A DNA stretch of 64,000 bases from a virus: positions 96,001 to 160,000 of IMG/VR virus record IMGVR_UViG_3300025141_000022; one strand, written 5' to 3'. The stretch's first letter is position 1. Every line of letters starts with the position of its first letter. This document shows, piece after piece, positions 26,536 to 36,755 of the stretch. Position numbers and translations under genes: made by a program. A model generated the notes under the pieces. It was not told the origin of the DNA. It did not search any database and saw nothing but the letters and a program-made list of their open reading frames with translations.

Positions 26536-27036
26536 ATGTCACAAGACGACAATAATAAATGGTCCCAGCCCGCAGCGCCGCCGCCACCAATGTTTGTTGG
26601 CAAAAAAGAGCGTGATTTAGTAAAACAGGTCAATGATGAGCTAATAGAAAGAGTGATTGGCCAGCAGGTAATTTACTATCCTATTGATATGGGCAGCACC
26701 AACTTTCACTCAGTTTATGGTGAAGCTATTAATAAGAGCTTTTTGCCACCAGTTAGAGTATACGCCTTGATTGAATTTGATGGCATTAGCACCAAATACA
26801 GTAATAAGATAGGTTTGGACAAGGAAATGTCAATTACAGTGCATTTTCACAAGAGAAGATTAACCGAAGATCAAGATTTATTTGTCCGCGAGGGTGATTT
26901 TGTTCTTTACGGAGATACATATTATGAGATAGTAACATTAGCTGAACCAAAACAGATGTTCGGTCAAATAGACCACAGAATGGAAATATCGGCTAAGTGT
27001 ATTAGAGCTAGAGAGGGTCTTTTCAATGCCGGCTAA
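26536..27036 (+). CDS. Head-closure neck protein (gp14-like)
   Basis: ELIERVIGQQVIYY..., VYGE, REGDFVLY; synteny between gp13-like and gp15-like genes. Confidence 0.7.
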   Translation: MSQDDNNKWSQPAAPPPPMFVGKKERDLVKQVNDELIERVIGQQVIYYPIDMGSTNFHSVYGEAINKSFLPPVRVYALIEFDGISTKYSNKIGLDKEMSITVHFHKRRLTEDQDLFVREGDFVLYGDTYYEIVTLAEPKQMFGQIDHRMEISAKCIRAREGLFNAG

Positions 27037-27850
27037 AGAAATAGAACTTCAACCATCCTCGTTGCAAACGATTGATGAAGCTTTATTTGAACTAATTGAT
27101 GAGACAATGCGTATTTTCTCAACTACTAACGATGGATGGAAAAAAGTCCCTGTTTTATGGGCTTCAGCCGAGCGTGCATATCAAATTAAGCACAACAAAG
27201 AGCTTAGAGACTCCAAAGGGGTATTAAAGTTGCCTTTAATAACTGTTGAAAGAACAGCAGTTTCTAAAAGCTTAACCAGAAAGGGTGCCCTGTATGCGAA
27301 TGTGCCAGAATATGGCCCAGAGGGCGGCGCGATTACAATAGGTAGGAGAATAAAGCAGGACAAGACTGCTAATTTCCAAAATGCCGACGCAAAATATAAA
27401 AGAGGACAAATTAACTTTCCTAGAAAAAGCAAAAAGGTTGTATATGAGACATTATCAATACCATTGCCGAAATATATTGATTTGACGTATGAAGTCACGA
27501 TCCAGACTGAATATCAACAACAAATGAATGAGGTCTTAACACCATTTCTGACCAGAACAGGTTCAATTAATTATTTCACTCTTAGGAAGAACGGGCACCT
27601 TTATGAAGGGTTTATTGACGAGGATATCTCTCAAGACAACAACACATCGGATCTTGGTGAAGAAGAAAGGACTTACAAGTCAACGATTACTATCAAAGTT
27701 TTGGGCCATATTATTGGAGACGAAAACAACCAAGAGAAGCCAAAAATTGTTGTCAGAGAGAACGCAGTCCACGTTAGAATCCCCAGAGAACATGTACTTT
27801 TAGAGGACGAACACCCAGATGATTGGAAAGGCGGCTTTTATCGAGAGTAA
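27026..27850 (+). CDS. Tail sheath stabiliser / tail terminator (gp15-like)
   Basis: KVPVLWASAERAYQIK...KLPLITVER, P.YIDLTYEVTI; precedes the sheath gene. Confidence 0.75.
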   Translation: MPAKEIELQPSSLQTIDEALFELIDETMRIFSTTNDGWKKVPVLWASAERAYQIKHNKELRDSKGVLKLPLITVERTAVSKSLTRKGALYANVPEYGPEGGAITIGRRIKQDKTANFQNADAKYKRGQINFPRKSKKVVYETLSIPLPKYIDLTYEVTIQTEYQQQMNEVLTPFLTRTGSINYFTLRKNGHLYEGFIDEDISQDNNTSDLGEEERTYKSTITIKVLGHIIGDENNQEKPKIVVRENAVHVRIPREHVLLEDEHPDDWKGGFYRE

Positions 27851-27883
27851 AAATAGTAATTTTGGATTTTTGACTTTCTATAG

Positions 27884-27891
27884 ACTATTTA
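27884..27891 (+). promoter_or_regulatory. Putative late promoter of the sheath gene
   Basis: ACTATTTA in the 27851-27971 intergenic gap. Confidence 0.6.
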
Positions 27892-27971
27892 CTATCGAAC
27901 AATATGTAAGTGTGTTTGCTAAAAAAACATATTATTTTTAGTTACTAGTATCAACGAGGAGAATACAAATA

Positions 27972-30878
27972 ATGTCAGTAAAGAAATTTCGCTTTGTATC
28001 ACCAGGAATTTTTATTAACGAAGTTGATAATTCCCAATTACCAGCGCCCGAAAGAGCTTTTGGACCGGTGATTATCGGAAGAACAACGAGAGGCCCAGGA
28101 ATGAGGCCAGTTAAAGTCAATTCCTTTTCGGAATTTGTGGAAACTTTTGGGACACCAGTCGGTGGCAAGGCCGGCGGTGATGTGTGGCGAGATGGAAACA
28201 GAGTTGGGCCCACATATGCTGCATACGCGGCTCAAGCGTGGCTTAGAGCCAATACAGGACCAGTTACCATGGTTCGTCTTCTTGGAACCGAAAATGCCGA
28301 TAAAACAAATAGTGGCCGTGCTGGCTGGGAAACTAGCGCCGGCGTTTCGCCAGATCAATCTGCTGGTGGAGCCTATGGACTCTGGGTTGTTAACTCTGGT
28401 TCGACCACAAACGGAGTTACTGGCTCTCTAGCTGCTGTTTGGTACTTAGATCAGGGCTCTATTGAACTTACAGGGACAATTCGCGGCCAAGCCGCAGGCC
28501 ATGGCTCCTCGACAATGGGTGGCACTAGCGTTCAAGGCACCGGTGTTCTAATCGAATCAATTGGGACTTCTAAAGAATTCAAGGCCATTATTAAGAATTC
28601 ATCCGGCGCAGTTGTACACACAACAGCGTTCAACTTCGACCCTGATTCTGACAAATACGTTCGTAAAAGATTCAATACAAATCCGCAACTTTGCAACTCT
28701 AGTATTGCTACAGATCAGAAGACTTATTGGCTTGGTGAAACTTTTGAAAGACACCTTGACGAATATGTTACTGGATCCGCCGCCGGCGAAAACTACGGTG
28801 TACTTCTCGGCCTCGAAAGCGGAAGTTATGAATGGAAGGACAACAGAGGTCCGTTTCAGAATGCAAGAACAGGCTATTTTATTAGTCAGGACATTACCAC
28901 AAATAGTGGCAGCTATAGCCCCGAAGCTATGCAGAAGCTGTTCTACTTTGTCGGACTTGATCATGGAGCATGGTTGCAAGACAACCTTAAAGTGTCGATT
29001 GAGGATATTAAAGCTTCTAGCAACTCCTCAACGCAATATGGCTCATTTTCAGTTGTACTTCGTAGAGTAAATGACCACGACGGCGCCGTCCAAATCGTAG
29101 AAAGATTTTCAAGCTGCAACTTAAACCCTAATTCGATTGATTATGTTGCAAGAAAGATCGGTGATCAGTATGCATCTTGGAGCGATACCGAGAATAGGTA
29201 TATCTGGCATGGAATTTACCAGAACCGCTCTAGATTCCTCAGAATCGTCATGAACCAAGATGTTGATAATGGAACAACGGACGCAACATACCTCCCATAT
29301 GGTATTTATGGCCCAGTTCGACCCACAGGATTCACGGTCCTCAGTGGCTCAGACAGCCTGTCTACTTATGGAAGCGACACAGCTAGTACAGCGTTAGGAA
29401 ACCATTGGGTCAGAGGTTCAGACGATATCGTGAACTCCCTAGGTGCCACAGAGACAGGAAGTATAGCTTCAGATGTGTTTGTGAACGTTGGCGGAGTAGG
29501 AACGGCCGCTGCACCAAGATTGTCCTTCACGGGCTCTTTTAGGTGGCCAGAGATTCCATTGCGCCAGACCGCTTCAGCTACAACTGAGTACTTTGGTGCC
29601 GATACAACCAAATACGGTGCAACCGTATCCCGACACGAAGAGAGTGTTTCAGATGTCGTCCGCCCGTTGCCAGTTAGTTTGGGAGAAACTTACAGCTTTA
29701 CTCCAGATAACTTGGCGACCGAGTACTCTTGGGTATTCTCTCTAGATGACGTTATTATTTCGGGAAGTCAGGCGCATTATAGCTCTGGATCCCGTGTTGC
29801 TGGAACATCAGCTACCGCTGTCAGTGGAACATATCAAGAAATTATTGATAATGATTATAACAGATTTACTTCTGTCTTCTTCGGCGGCTTCGACGGCTTG
29901 AACATTAAGGAAGCAGAACCTTTCGCCAACCGAGTGCTAGATGCATCTGAAAGTCAAGTTGACAACTATGCATTTCACACTTTGCGCCGCGCAATTTACG
30001 CAGTCGCAGATCCAGAGGTGATAGAGTGTAACTTAATGGCCATGCCCGGTGTTACAAATGAAACCATGACCAAGCATCTGCTTGACACATGTGAAGACCG
30101 GGCCGACGCATTGGCAGTTATCGACTTGAAGGGTGATTATAAACCTTTCACCGAAAACAGCAATTCTGAAGCTTCTAGAGTTGGAAATGTGACCACCACG
30201 ATTCTAAATCTTAAGCAGCGTGGAATTAACAGCAGCTACGGTTGTTCCTACTATCCATGGGTACAAATCAGAGACACTGAGAGCAGCAAGCTATTGTTCT
30301 GTCCTCCATCTGTAGTAGCTCTTGGTACTTTTGGTAGCTCTCAGAGAAGAAGCGAGATTTGGTTCGCACCAGCAGGCTTCAATCGCGGAGGGTTGACTGA
30401 AGGTTCAGCCGGCATCCCAGTTGTGGGTGTGCGTGAAAGGCTAACTTCGAAGCAGAGAGATGATCTATACGAAGCGAATATTAACCCAATTGCTACATTC
30501 CCAGCAGAAGGAATTGTTATCTTTGGTCAGAAGACTCTACAAGTGACTCCTTCCGCTCTAGATAGAGTTAATGTGCGCCGATTGATGATCTACTTGAAGA
30601 AGCAAATTTCAAGATTCGCGGCTGAGATCCTGTTCGATCAGAACGTCCAAACTACATGGGATAGATTTACCGGAAAGGTGAACCCATTCTTGGATAGTGT
30701 CAAGTCTAGACTAGGACTAACCGAATACAAGGTGGTGCTTGATAGTACAACGACAACGCCAGACTTGATTGACAGAAACGTTCTATATGCCAAGATTTTC
30801 TTGAAGCCAGCTAGAGCAATTGAATTTATCGCGATTGACTTTGTTATCACGAATACCGGAGCTTCTTTCGAAGATTAA
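27972..30878 (+). CDS. gp18: Contractile tail sheath protein (gp18-like)
   Basis: SPGIFINEVDNS at the N-terminus; WFAPAGFNRG, NINPI, IFGQKTL, LDRVNVRRL, KPARAIEFI at the C-terminus. Confidence 0.96.
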   Translation: MSVKKFRFVSPGIFINEVDNSQLPAPERAFGPVIIGRTTRGPGMRPVKVNSFSEFVETFGTPVGGKAGGDVWRDGNRVGPTYAAYAAQAWLRANTGPVTMVRLLGTENADKTNSGRAGWETSAGVSPDQSAGGAYGLWVVNSGSTTNGVTGSLAAVWYLDQGSIELTGTIRGQAAGHGSSTMGGTSVQGTGVLIESIGTSKEFKAIIKNSSGAVVHTTAFNFDPDSDKYVRKRFNTNPQLCNSSIATDQKTYWLGETFERHLDEYVTGSAAGENYGVLLGLESGSYEWKDNRGPFQNARTGYFISQDITTNSGSYSPEAMQKLFYFVGLDHGAWLQDNLKVSIEDIKASSNSSTQYGSFSVVLRRVNDHDGAVQIVERFSSCNLNPNSIDYVARKIGDQYASWSDTENRYIWHGIYQNRSRFLRIVMNQDVDNGTTDATYLPYGIYGPVRPTGFTVLSGSDSLSTYGSDTASTALGNHWVRGSDDIVNSLGATETGSIASDVFVNVGGVGTAAAPRLSFTGSFRWPEIPLRQTASATTEYFGADTTKYGATVSRHEESVSDVVRPLPVSLGETYSFTPDNLATEYSWVFSLDDVIISGSQAHYSSGSRVAGTSATAVSGTYQEIIDNDYNRFTSVFFGGFDGLNIKEAEPFANRVLDASESQVDNYAFHTLRRAIYAVADPEVIECNLMAMPGVTNETMTKHLLDTCEDRADALAVIDLKGDYKPFTENSNSEASRVGNVTTTILNLKQRGINSSYGCSYYPWVQIRDTESSKLLFCPPSVVALGTFGSSQRRSEIWFAPAGFNRGGLTEGSAGIPVVGVRERLTSKQRDDLYEANINPIATFPAEGIVIFGQKTLQVTPSALDRVNVRRLMIYLKKQISRFAAEILFDQNVQTTWDRFTGKVNPFLDSVKSRLGLTEYKVVLDSTTTTPDLIDRNVLYAKIFLKPARAIEFIAIDFVITNTGASFED

Positions 30879-30901
30879 TAGATGATTTTTGAAACTAAGA
30901 C

Positions 30902-30909
30902 ACTAATTA
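30902..30909 (+). promoter_or_regulatory. Putative late promoter of the tube gene
   Basis: ACTAATTA, followed by a GAGGAG RBS and ATG 30935. Confidence 0.62.
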
Positions 30910-30934
30910 AGATTAAGAGGAGAACAACAAACTA

Positions 30935-31486
30935 ATGTCAGCAAACTTTTGGGGCAACCCTGAACTAGAACCAAAAAGAGCGTATAGATACACTCTAGAA
31001 ATCCCCGAATTGGATGGTGCCAAATGGATTGTAAAAAAGGTCAAGAAGCCTTCTTTTACGGTTACTGAAGCAGAGCATTCTTTCATTAATCATAAATTTT
31101 ACTATCCTGGCCGCGTTGAGTGGGACAAGATCTCACTTACAATTGTAGATCCCATCTCTCCTGACGCAACTCAGAATTTGATGTCAATCCTCTCAGCAGC
31201 TGGCTATGTGTTTCCAGAAACAGAAGCTGATGCACTCTCAACCACGATTACCAAAAATGAAGCTTATCAAGCTCTCGGTGGTCAGGTTATTATTAGACAA
31301 ATTAGTGGCGGAGAAGTCGGAAATCCTCAGTCAACAGTAATTGAAAAGTGGACTTTAAAGAATTGTTTCATTACAAGTGTTGATTTTGGAGAATTAGATT
31401 ATGATTCTGATGATTTGGTTAACATTGAGATAGAAATAAGGTATGATTGGGCTGTATTTGAAAAGCCTGAAGGGGAAAGTCCCTGA
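30935..31486 (+). CDS. gp19: Tail tube protein (gp19-like)
   Basis: EPKRAYRY..., KKPS, YYPGRVEWDKISLT, WTLKNCFITSVDFGELDY, I.IRYD; follows the sheath gene. Confidence 0.9.
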   Translation: MSANFWGNPELEPKRAYRYTLEIPELDGAKWIVKKVKKPSFTVTEAEHSFINHKFYYPGRVEWDKISLTIVDPISPDATQNLMSILSAAGYVFPETEADALSTTITKNEAYQALGGQVIIRQISGGEVGNPQSTVIEKWTLKNCFITSVDFGELDYDSDDLVNIEIEIRYDWAVFEKPEGESP

Positions 31487-31536
31487 TAATTTGGGCACCC
31501 TTTAAATATATAACAAATAAAACACAAGAGGTATAA

Positions 31537-32397
31537 ATGCCAAGAAATAATAGATCACGCACCGGATTACCGGATGAAATGCCTGATCGCAAGCAACCAG
31601 AAGGCTCCGCACCTACAGCCTCTGGACTAGACTTTGTTGCACCTACAGAGTTTGTAGAGCTTCCCAGTGGAGGTAGATTTTACGGAGAAGGGCATCCACT
31701 ACACGGGCAAGACACTATTGAAATTAAATATATGACAACAAAGCAAGAAGATATTCTTACTTCACAAACGTTGTTAAAAAAAGGCGTTGCGATCAACCGA
31801 ATGTTGCAGTCTCTTTTGGTCACTCCAGAACTTGACGTTAAAGATCTGTTAATTGGAGATAAGAACGCCCTAACCGTAGCAGCCAGAATTAGTGGTTACG
31901 GGCCTGATTATAAAGTTCAATTGACGTGCCCTAGCTGTAATCATGTTGGCGAAGCGGCTGTAGACTTACAGCAAAGCATCACTGTAGTGGATGGTACCGA
32001 TTGGGGCGAATTAGCTATTGAAAATGGTGAAAACAACACTTTTATTATAACTTTACCTAAAACTGGCGTTCGCCAACAGGTCCGTCTAATGAATGGCCAT
32101 GACGAAGCTAGAATTGTGGAAGAAGCCAAAAAACAAAAGAAGCACAAATTGGCAGTTTCGACACTAAGTGATCAAATGAAGAGGGTTACAGTATCCGTAA
32201 ACGACATCACAGACAGGGCTAGAATTTCTGATTTTATCAGTAAAATGCCAGCTTTGGACGCAAGATATTTTCGAAAAGCTTATCAAAAAGCCACTCCCTC
32301 AGTTAGATTGATGCACGATCATGTTTGCCCGCAATGCGACTACGAGTCAGACCTGGAGGTTCCGCTTCAGGCGGAGTTTTTTTGGCCTCAGTCTTAA
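31537..32397 (+). CDS. Baseplate hub / tail assembly chaperone (gp26-like)
   Basis: VELPSGG.FY, MTTKQEDIL, DLLIGDKNAL.VAARI.GYG, two CxxC pairs (CPSC, CPQC), C-terminal EVPLQAEFFWP. Confidence 0.8.
   Translation: MPRNNRSRTGLPDEMPDRKQPEGSAPTASGLDFVAPTEFVELPSGGRFYGEGHPLHGQDTIEIKYMTTKQEDILTSQTLLKKGVAINRMLQSLLVTPELDVKDLLIGDKNALTVAARISGYGPDYKVQLTCPSCNHVGEAAVDLQQSITVVDGTDWGELAIENGENNTFIITLPKTGVRQQVRLMNGHDEARIVEEAKKQKKHKLAVSTLSDQMKRVTVSVNDITDRARISDFISKMPALDARYFRKAYQKATPSVRLMHDHVCPQCDYESDLEVPLQAEFFWPQS
32377..32383 (+). promoter_or_regulatory. Putative programmed frameshift site (T7 run)
   Basis: GAG TTT TTT TGG near the chaperone stop; the +1 frame continues FF-GLSLKYMKSVYEQFF into the next ORF. 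Confidence 0.55.
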
Positions 32398-32401
32398 ATA
32401 T

Positions 32402-32581
32402 ATGAAATCTGTGTACGAACAGTTTTTTGCGCTGAAGTATCACGGTGGCTGGAGTTTTATTGAGGCTTATAATTTGCCGCTAGGGCTAAGAAAGTGGTTT
32501 GTGGAGCGCTTAATACAAGAAATAGAAAAAGAATCAGAAGCGATTCAGAAAGCCAGCAAGAAGAACAACAGAAGCCGATGA
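32402..32581 (+). CDS. Small tail chaperone C-terminal part (gp51/GT-like), probably the frameshift extension of the upstream gene
   Basis: YEQFFALKYHGGWSFIEAYNLPLGLRKWFVERL; no clear RBS before ATG 32402; frame is open across the T7 run. Confidence 0.65.
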   Translation: MKSVYEQFFALKYHGGWSFIEAYNLPLGLRKWFVERLIQEIEKESEAIQKASKKNNRSR

Positions 32582-32587
32582 GAGGTG

Positions 32588-32623
32588 AGCCAGAAAAACT
32601 CTTTCTGGCTTTTCTTTTTTTTT
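32588..32623 (+). terminator. Intrinsic terminator
   Basis: AGCCAGAAA-aactc-TTTCTGGCT followed by a long T tract. Confidence 0.85.
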
Positions 32624-32631
32624 ACTACATA

Positions 32632-32639
32632 CCTATTTA
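32632..32639 (+). promoter_or_regulatory. Putative late promoter of the tape-measure operon
   Basis: CCTATTTA right after the terminator and 18 bp before ATG 32658. Confidence 0.55.
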
Positions 32640-32657
32640 TTACTAGGGGAACTATAT

Positions 32658-33014
32658 ATGAATCCTATTAAAGAAGACAAAATAGCGCCAATTATTATTG
32701 ATCTAAATATTGCCGCAAAGCAAGAAATTAATGAAAGTGTTCTAAAAATGCTTGGTTCGTGGATTGAGCTTATATTGGGAAGAATGTTTGATAAGACCCC
32801 TAGCAGAAGCCAGAGGCTTAGAAATGTACGAATTAGAGGCAATAGGGCCCAAATAGACTCTTTCGCTAATGCTGTTCAAGGAGAGGCCAAGTTTATTAAA
32901 GCTTATCACAGATATGGATTAGATGATCCAAGAACGTACAAGACCAAAGCCAGTTTATCTAAAGCTGTGAGAAAATTTGAACAAGCTACAAAGTTAAAAT
33001 GGCCTTTTGACTAG
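32658..33014 (+). CDS. Hypothetical tail-region protein
   Basis: 118-aa ORF with GGGGA RBS between the chaperone and tape measure genes. Confidence 0.65.
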   Translation: MNPIKEDKIAPIIIDLNIAAKQEINESVLKMLGSWIELILGRMFDKTPSRSQRLRNVRIRGNRAQIDSFANAVQGEAKFIKAYHRYGLDDPRTYKTKASLSKAVRKFEQATKLKWPFD

Positions 33015-33026
33015 GAGGTATAAATA

Positions 33027-35666
33027 ATGGCAGAATACACTCCTGAACAGTTAGCCAGTATGAAAAACCAGATGGAGCAGCTAGAAGCGCTGTCCCGTCG
33101 TCAACGACTCAATGAATCCGAAGCCCAACAGTTACGAGAGCTTCAGAGAAAATTGGGTGCTGATATTGCAAGATCCAAACGAGAGTTGGTGGCTGATTCA
33201 GAAAAACAACTGGCCATCGAAAAAGAGTTATTAAGCGTTGCAGATAACGCTGCTGAGCGGATTGCCGGCCGCATTGACGTTGCCGAAGCAGAATACGATT
33301 TACAAAGAAACAAATTACAGCTTTTGCAGACCGAATTAGAGGCTCTTTATGAGGCCGATGATATCAATGAAGAGTTGATCGCAAAGAAAACAGCAGAACT
33401 CCAGTTTCAACGAGACATCACCGCCGAGACAAAAAAGACAGCCCAAGCGGTGTCGAATGTTGAAAAGGCTACCGAAAGAGTCATAGGTTCAACCCTAGGA
33501 ATTAGTGATGCGTGGGAAGATACCGTCTGGGGCTCAATAATCAGCGCCGAGGACGGTTTATCACAATTTGGTGATACGCTTAAGTCAACTTTCGGTGATG
33601 TAGACAAGATGATGGGCTCCCTAACCATGGCTGTGGTTGAGCAATCAGTATCCTTTGCGCTGATGGAGGATGACGTATTAGCCGGCTTTAACAAGGCCAC
33701 TATGGCTGGAGGCAGCTATAACACCATGATACAGGACTTGGCTGACTCAAATAGACAAATTGGCGCTTCAATGCAGGATGTTGCCGACACTACTCAAACC
33801 CTACATTTAGAAATGAGTCGATTTTCGCTCATGAGCACGGGGGCGAAGCAGGAAATGGCTGATTTTGCTATAGGGATGGAAGTGGCCGGCGTAGCGGGCG
33901 GCACCACAGCGGCTTTCCTAGATAATGCAATGCTGACTTTTGGCAAAACTGGCGCAGAGGCTATGGAGATGCAGGAGAGCATATTGGGTTTTGCTGACGC
34001 GCTTGGTGTTGCCGGCGAAGACATGATGGCAGCTTTTATCCAGGCCACCCCTCGCTTGGCGGAATTTGGCGCCGAAGGCGAAAAGGTTTTTAAGGAGTTG
34101 GCGGCACAGGCGAAAGCCACAGGAGTAGAGGTAAATTCATTAATTGGTATTGCCCAAAGTTTTGACACATATGAATCAGCAGCCCAATCAGTTGGTCAGC
34201 TAAACGCTATTATGGGAGGCCCTCTCCTGAATACAACAGAAATGTTGCTGGCTACAGACTCCGAGAGAATTGATATGCTTGCTCAGTCGATGGAAGCTGG
34301 CGAATTGCAATGGAATCAGATGAATCGTTTCCAAAAGAAGGCTGTTGCAAACGCTGCTGGAATTACTGACATGGCACAAGCAGAAGCTATGTTTTCCCGA
34401 GGCGCAGCGGGCTTACGAGAGCACCAAGCTGCCGTTGAAGCTGAGGCCCTTGCACAAGAAGAACAGAATCGCATGCAAAAGGAAAATGTTACAATGATGA
34501 ACCAAGTCATGCTCACTATGCAGGAACTGGCAGTTGCAATTCGTCCATTAATAGAATTTTTTGGAGCTTTAGCCCGTGGCGCTTCCGCAGTCGAAAACTC
34601 TACCGGTCTTGTAACGGTTGCCGTTCGCACCAGCATCGGCGCTTGGATGGCCTACAAAGCTATCCTGATCGCGACTGGTACCACGAAGGCATCGGTCAAG
34701 GGCTTAACTTGGGCCCTGACCGCTGCGGAAATTAAACAAAATGCCGTCGCACGTTTCGGTTGGCTACTCAGGCTGAAGGATAATGTTACTACCGGTATCT
34801 CGAATTCTATCAAAGCTGTCTCTATCGGACTCTCCGCCGGCTACACCGGTGTTAAGGCAGGTGAAAATATCGTGGAAAACGCTGGCTGGGTTGCAAAGAC
34901 AGCCTCTACCGCCGCAGAGTGGGCTGGCATCGCTGCGAGAAAAGTAAAGAATGTACTCGTTGGAATTTCCACACTCCTCACAGGCGCTGAAGGGGCAGCA
35001 ATAGGCGGTCTTACACTTGCAAAGGGCGGGCTCATCACCGCAACTTGGGGCGTGGTCACCGCTACCTGGGCCTCGACCGTCGCGTTCTTGGCCAGCCCAA
35101 TTGGATGGGTCGTTGCCGGCGTTGCGCTACTTGTTGCTGCACTTGTTGGTTTGGTAATGTGGTTTGGTAACGTAGAAGCGGCCTGGGATGCGATGGTGAC
35201 TGGCATGAAAGCAGTGGCCAAGGTCATGGCCGCTGTCATCCTCTCACCGTTTAATCTTCTCATTGCAATGGCCAATACCGCAGTTGCGGCTGCCGATAAG
35301 GTCATGCCAGGCGATCAGTCTGGCTGGAAGTTAGACTACCTCGCCCTTCCTAAATTTGCAGCAGGTACCGATGATTTCGCAGAAGGCGGCGCGGCCGTGG
35401 TCGGTGAAAGGGGCGCAGAAATGGTAGTTCTACCACCACATTCGGCAGTTATCAACAATCAAAACACTGAAAAGATGGCCAATGCTACGCAAAACCGAGC
35501 AGCTGCCCCAGTTGCAGCCGCCGCCGCAGGACAAGGGGCAGCCCCCGCAGGCCCGCAAGCACCAGCAGGCCCAACCACGGTTATACTACAGATGAGTGAT
35601 CGAGAAGTTGGCCGCGTAGTTATCGACGCAATTAGAAGAAGCCAAGTTCTAAATGTGCAGACTTAG
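33027..35666 (+). CDS. Tape measure protein
   Basis: 879 aa, Ala-rich and helical, hydrophobic segments near the C-terminus, terminal PKFAAG...VVGERGAEMV motif, position after tube and chaperones. Confidence 0.85.
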   Translation: MAEYTPEQLASMKNQMEQLEALSRRQRLNESEAQQLRELQRKLGADIARSKRELVADSEKQLAIEKELLSVADNAAERIAGRIDVAEAEYDLQRNKLQLLQTELEALYEADDINEELIAKKTAELQFQRDITAETKKTAQAVSNVEKATERVIGSTLGISDAWEDTVWGSIISAEDGLSQFGDTLKSTFGDVDKMMGSLTMAVVEQSVSFALMEDDVLAGFNKATMAGGSYNTMIQDLADSNRQIGASMQDVADTTQTLHLEMSRFSLMSTGAKQEMADFAIGMEVAGVAGGTTAAFLDNAMLTFGKTGAEAMEMQESILGFADALGVAGEDMMAAFIQATPRLAEFGAEGEKVFKELAAQAKATGVEVNSLIGIAQSFDTYESAAQSVGQLNAIMGGPLLNTTEMLLATDSERIDMLAQSMEAGELQWNQMNRFQKKAVANAAGITDMAQAEAMFSRGAAGLREHQAAVEAEALAQEEQNRMQKENVTMMNQVMLTMQELAVAIRPLIEFFGALARGASAVENSTGLVTVAVRTSIGAWMAYKAILIATGTTKASVKGLTWALTAAEIKQNAVARFGWLLRLKDNVTTGISNSIKAVSIGLSAGYTGVKAGENIVENAGWVAKTASTAAEWAGIAARKVKNVLVGISTLLTGAEGAAIGGLTLAKGGLITATWGVVTATWASTVAFLASPIGWVVAGVALLVAALVGLVMWFGNVEAAWDAMVTGMKAVAKVMAAVILSPFNLLIAMANTAVAAADKVMPGDQSGWKLDYLALPKFAAGTDDFAEGGAAVVGERGAEMVVLPPHSAVINNQNTEKMANATQNRAAAPVAAAAAGQGAAPAGPQAPAGPTTVILQMSDREVGRVVIDAIRRSQVLNVQT

Positions 35667-35684
35667 TGAAAAGTTTAGCCAATA

Positions 35685-35692
35685 ACTAGTTA
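35685..35692 (+). promoter_or_regulatory. Putative late promoter of the baseplate genes
   Basis: ACTAGTTA followed by an AGGAG RBS and ATG 35713. Confidence 0.55.
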
Positions 35693-35712
35693 GGACAGGA
35701 GAGAATATACTA

Positions 35713-36738
35713 ATGTCATCAGGTCGTGGTCATTTCGATATCTTAGGTAAACAATTTTGGGAAGTAAAAGAAGATTTTGCTGGAGGCTGGGATAATCAAC
35801 GAGTCTCAGATGGCAGCACCACATTGGCTGTATCCAACAGGCATTGGACTTGGCTCCATTTTGGGCATGTACCTACTGGCAACGTTGTTAGTTTTAAAGC
35901 ATTTGTGACAGGATTCACTCAAACATTTGAACAAGTTTGGGAAGAAACTAACTCTTATGGTCGAATGGATCCAATTAAGACTTTTACAAGGACTGGAAGA
36001 AAAATTAGCCTTCAGTGGTCTGTTGTTGCTGAATCCCGCGACGATGCTTTTAGAAATATAGATCGCTGCAACGCGCTAGCGCATCTTCAATATCCCATGT
36101 ACAGTGAAGATGGAATTATGCAGGCTGCACCCCTAATAAGGGTTAGGTGGATAAATATGATTAAAAATGCCGGCCATGGCTCGACTGACGGTGGTGGTGG
36201 AACCAGTGGCCACCCCGGCCCGAATAACGGCGGAGTTGGCGGAGATACTTACGGTCTAGTTTGCACAATGAGTGGATTTACATGGGAGCCAGACATGGAA
36301 ATGGGCTTTGTTGAGGGCCACGCAACCGATGGAGATGAGGGTTATCCGGCCATGGCCCCTAAATATATTAAAATGAGCACGGAACTTACTGTGCTGCACA
36401 CACACAAGTTGGGATGGAATGAAGACAAGACTCCCCGGATAGAAACCGAGACTAACAGTTACTTTGGCGCCGGCAACTTCCCCATGATGTCAGGTATGCC
36501 CTATGCAGACCCAGATGGCAGCAAAGCCCGCGCTGCAATAGAAGACTTCTTGGAAGCGGCCAGTTCTATTGGCGATGATATTGAAGAAGCCGGCGGGCTG
36601 AGCAATTATCTGGGGAACGAGCTTGGTGATATATCGGATGATCTTGTGTCGCTCATTGAGGGTGGTGCGGAGATGGCTAGCCCGGGCGTGTCCGCCATTG
36701 GAGGACTTCTTGGCCTAGGCGGTGATGACAATGATTAA
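35713..36738 (+). CDS. Baseplate tail-tube initiator (gp48/gp54-like)
   Basis: FKAFVTGFTQTF...W....YGRMDPIKTF..TGRKISL.W tube-like motif; follows the tape measure gene. Confidence 0.65.
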   Translation: MSSGRGHFDILGKQFWEVKEDFAGGWDNQRVSDGSTTLAVSNRHWTWLHFGHVPTGNVVSFKAFVTGFTQTFEQVWEETNSYGRMDPIKTFTRTGRKISLQWSVVAESRDDAFRNIDRCNALAHLQYPMYSEDGIMQAAPLIRVRWINMIKNAGHGSTDGGGGTSGHPGPNNGGVGGDTYGLVCTMSGFTWEPDMEMGFVEGHATDGDEGYPAMAPKYIKMSTELTVLHTHKLGWNEDKTPRIETETNSYFGAGNFPMMSGMPYADPDGSKARAAIEDFLEAASSIGDDIEEAGGLSNYLGNELGDISDDLVSLIEGGAEMASPGVSAIGGLLGLGGDDND

Positions 36739-36755
36739 TAAAAGAGGACACAAAC

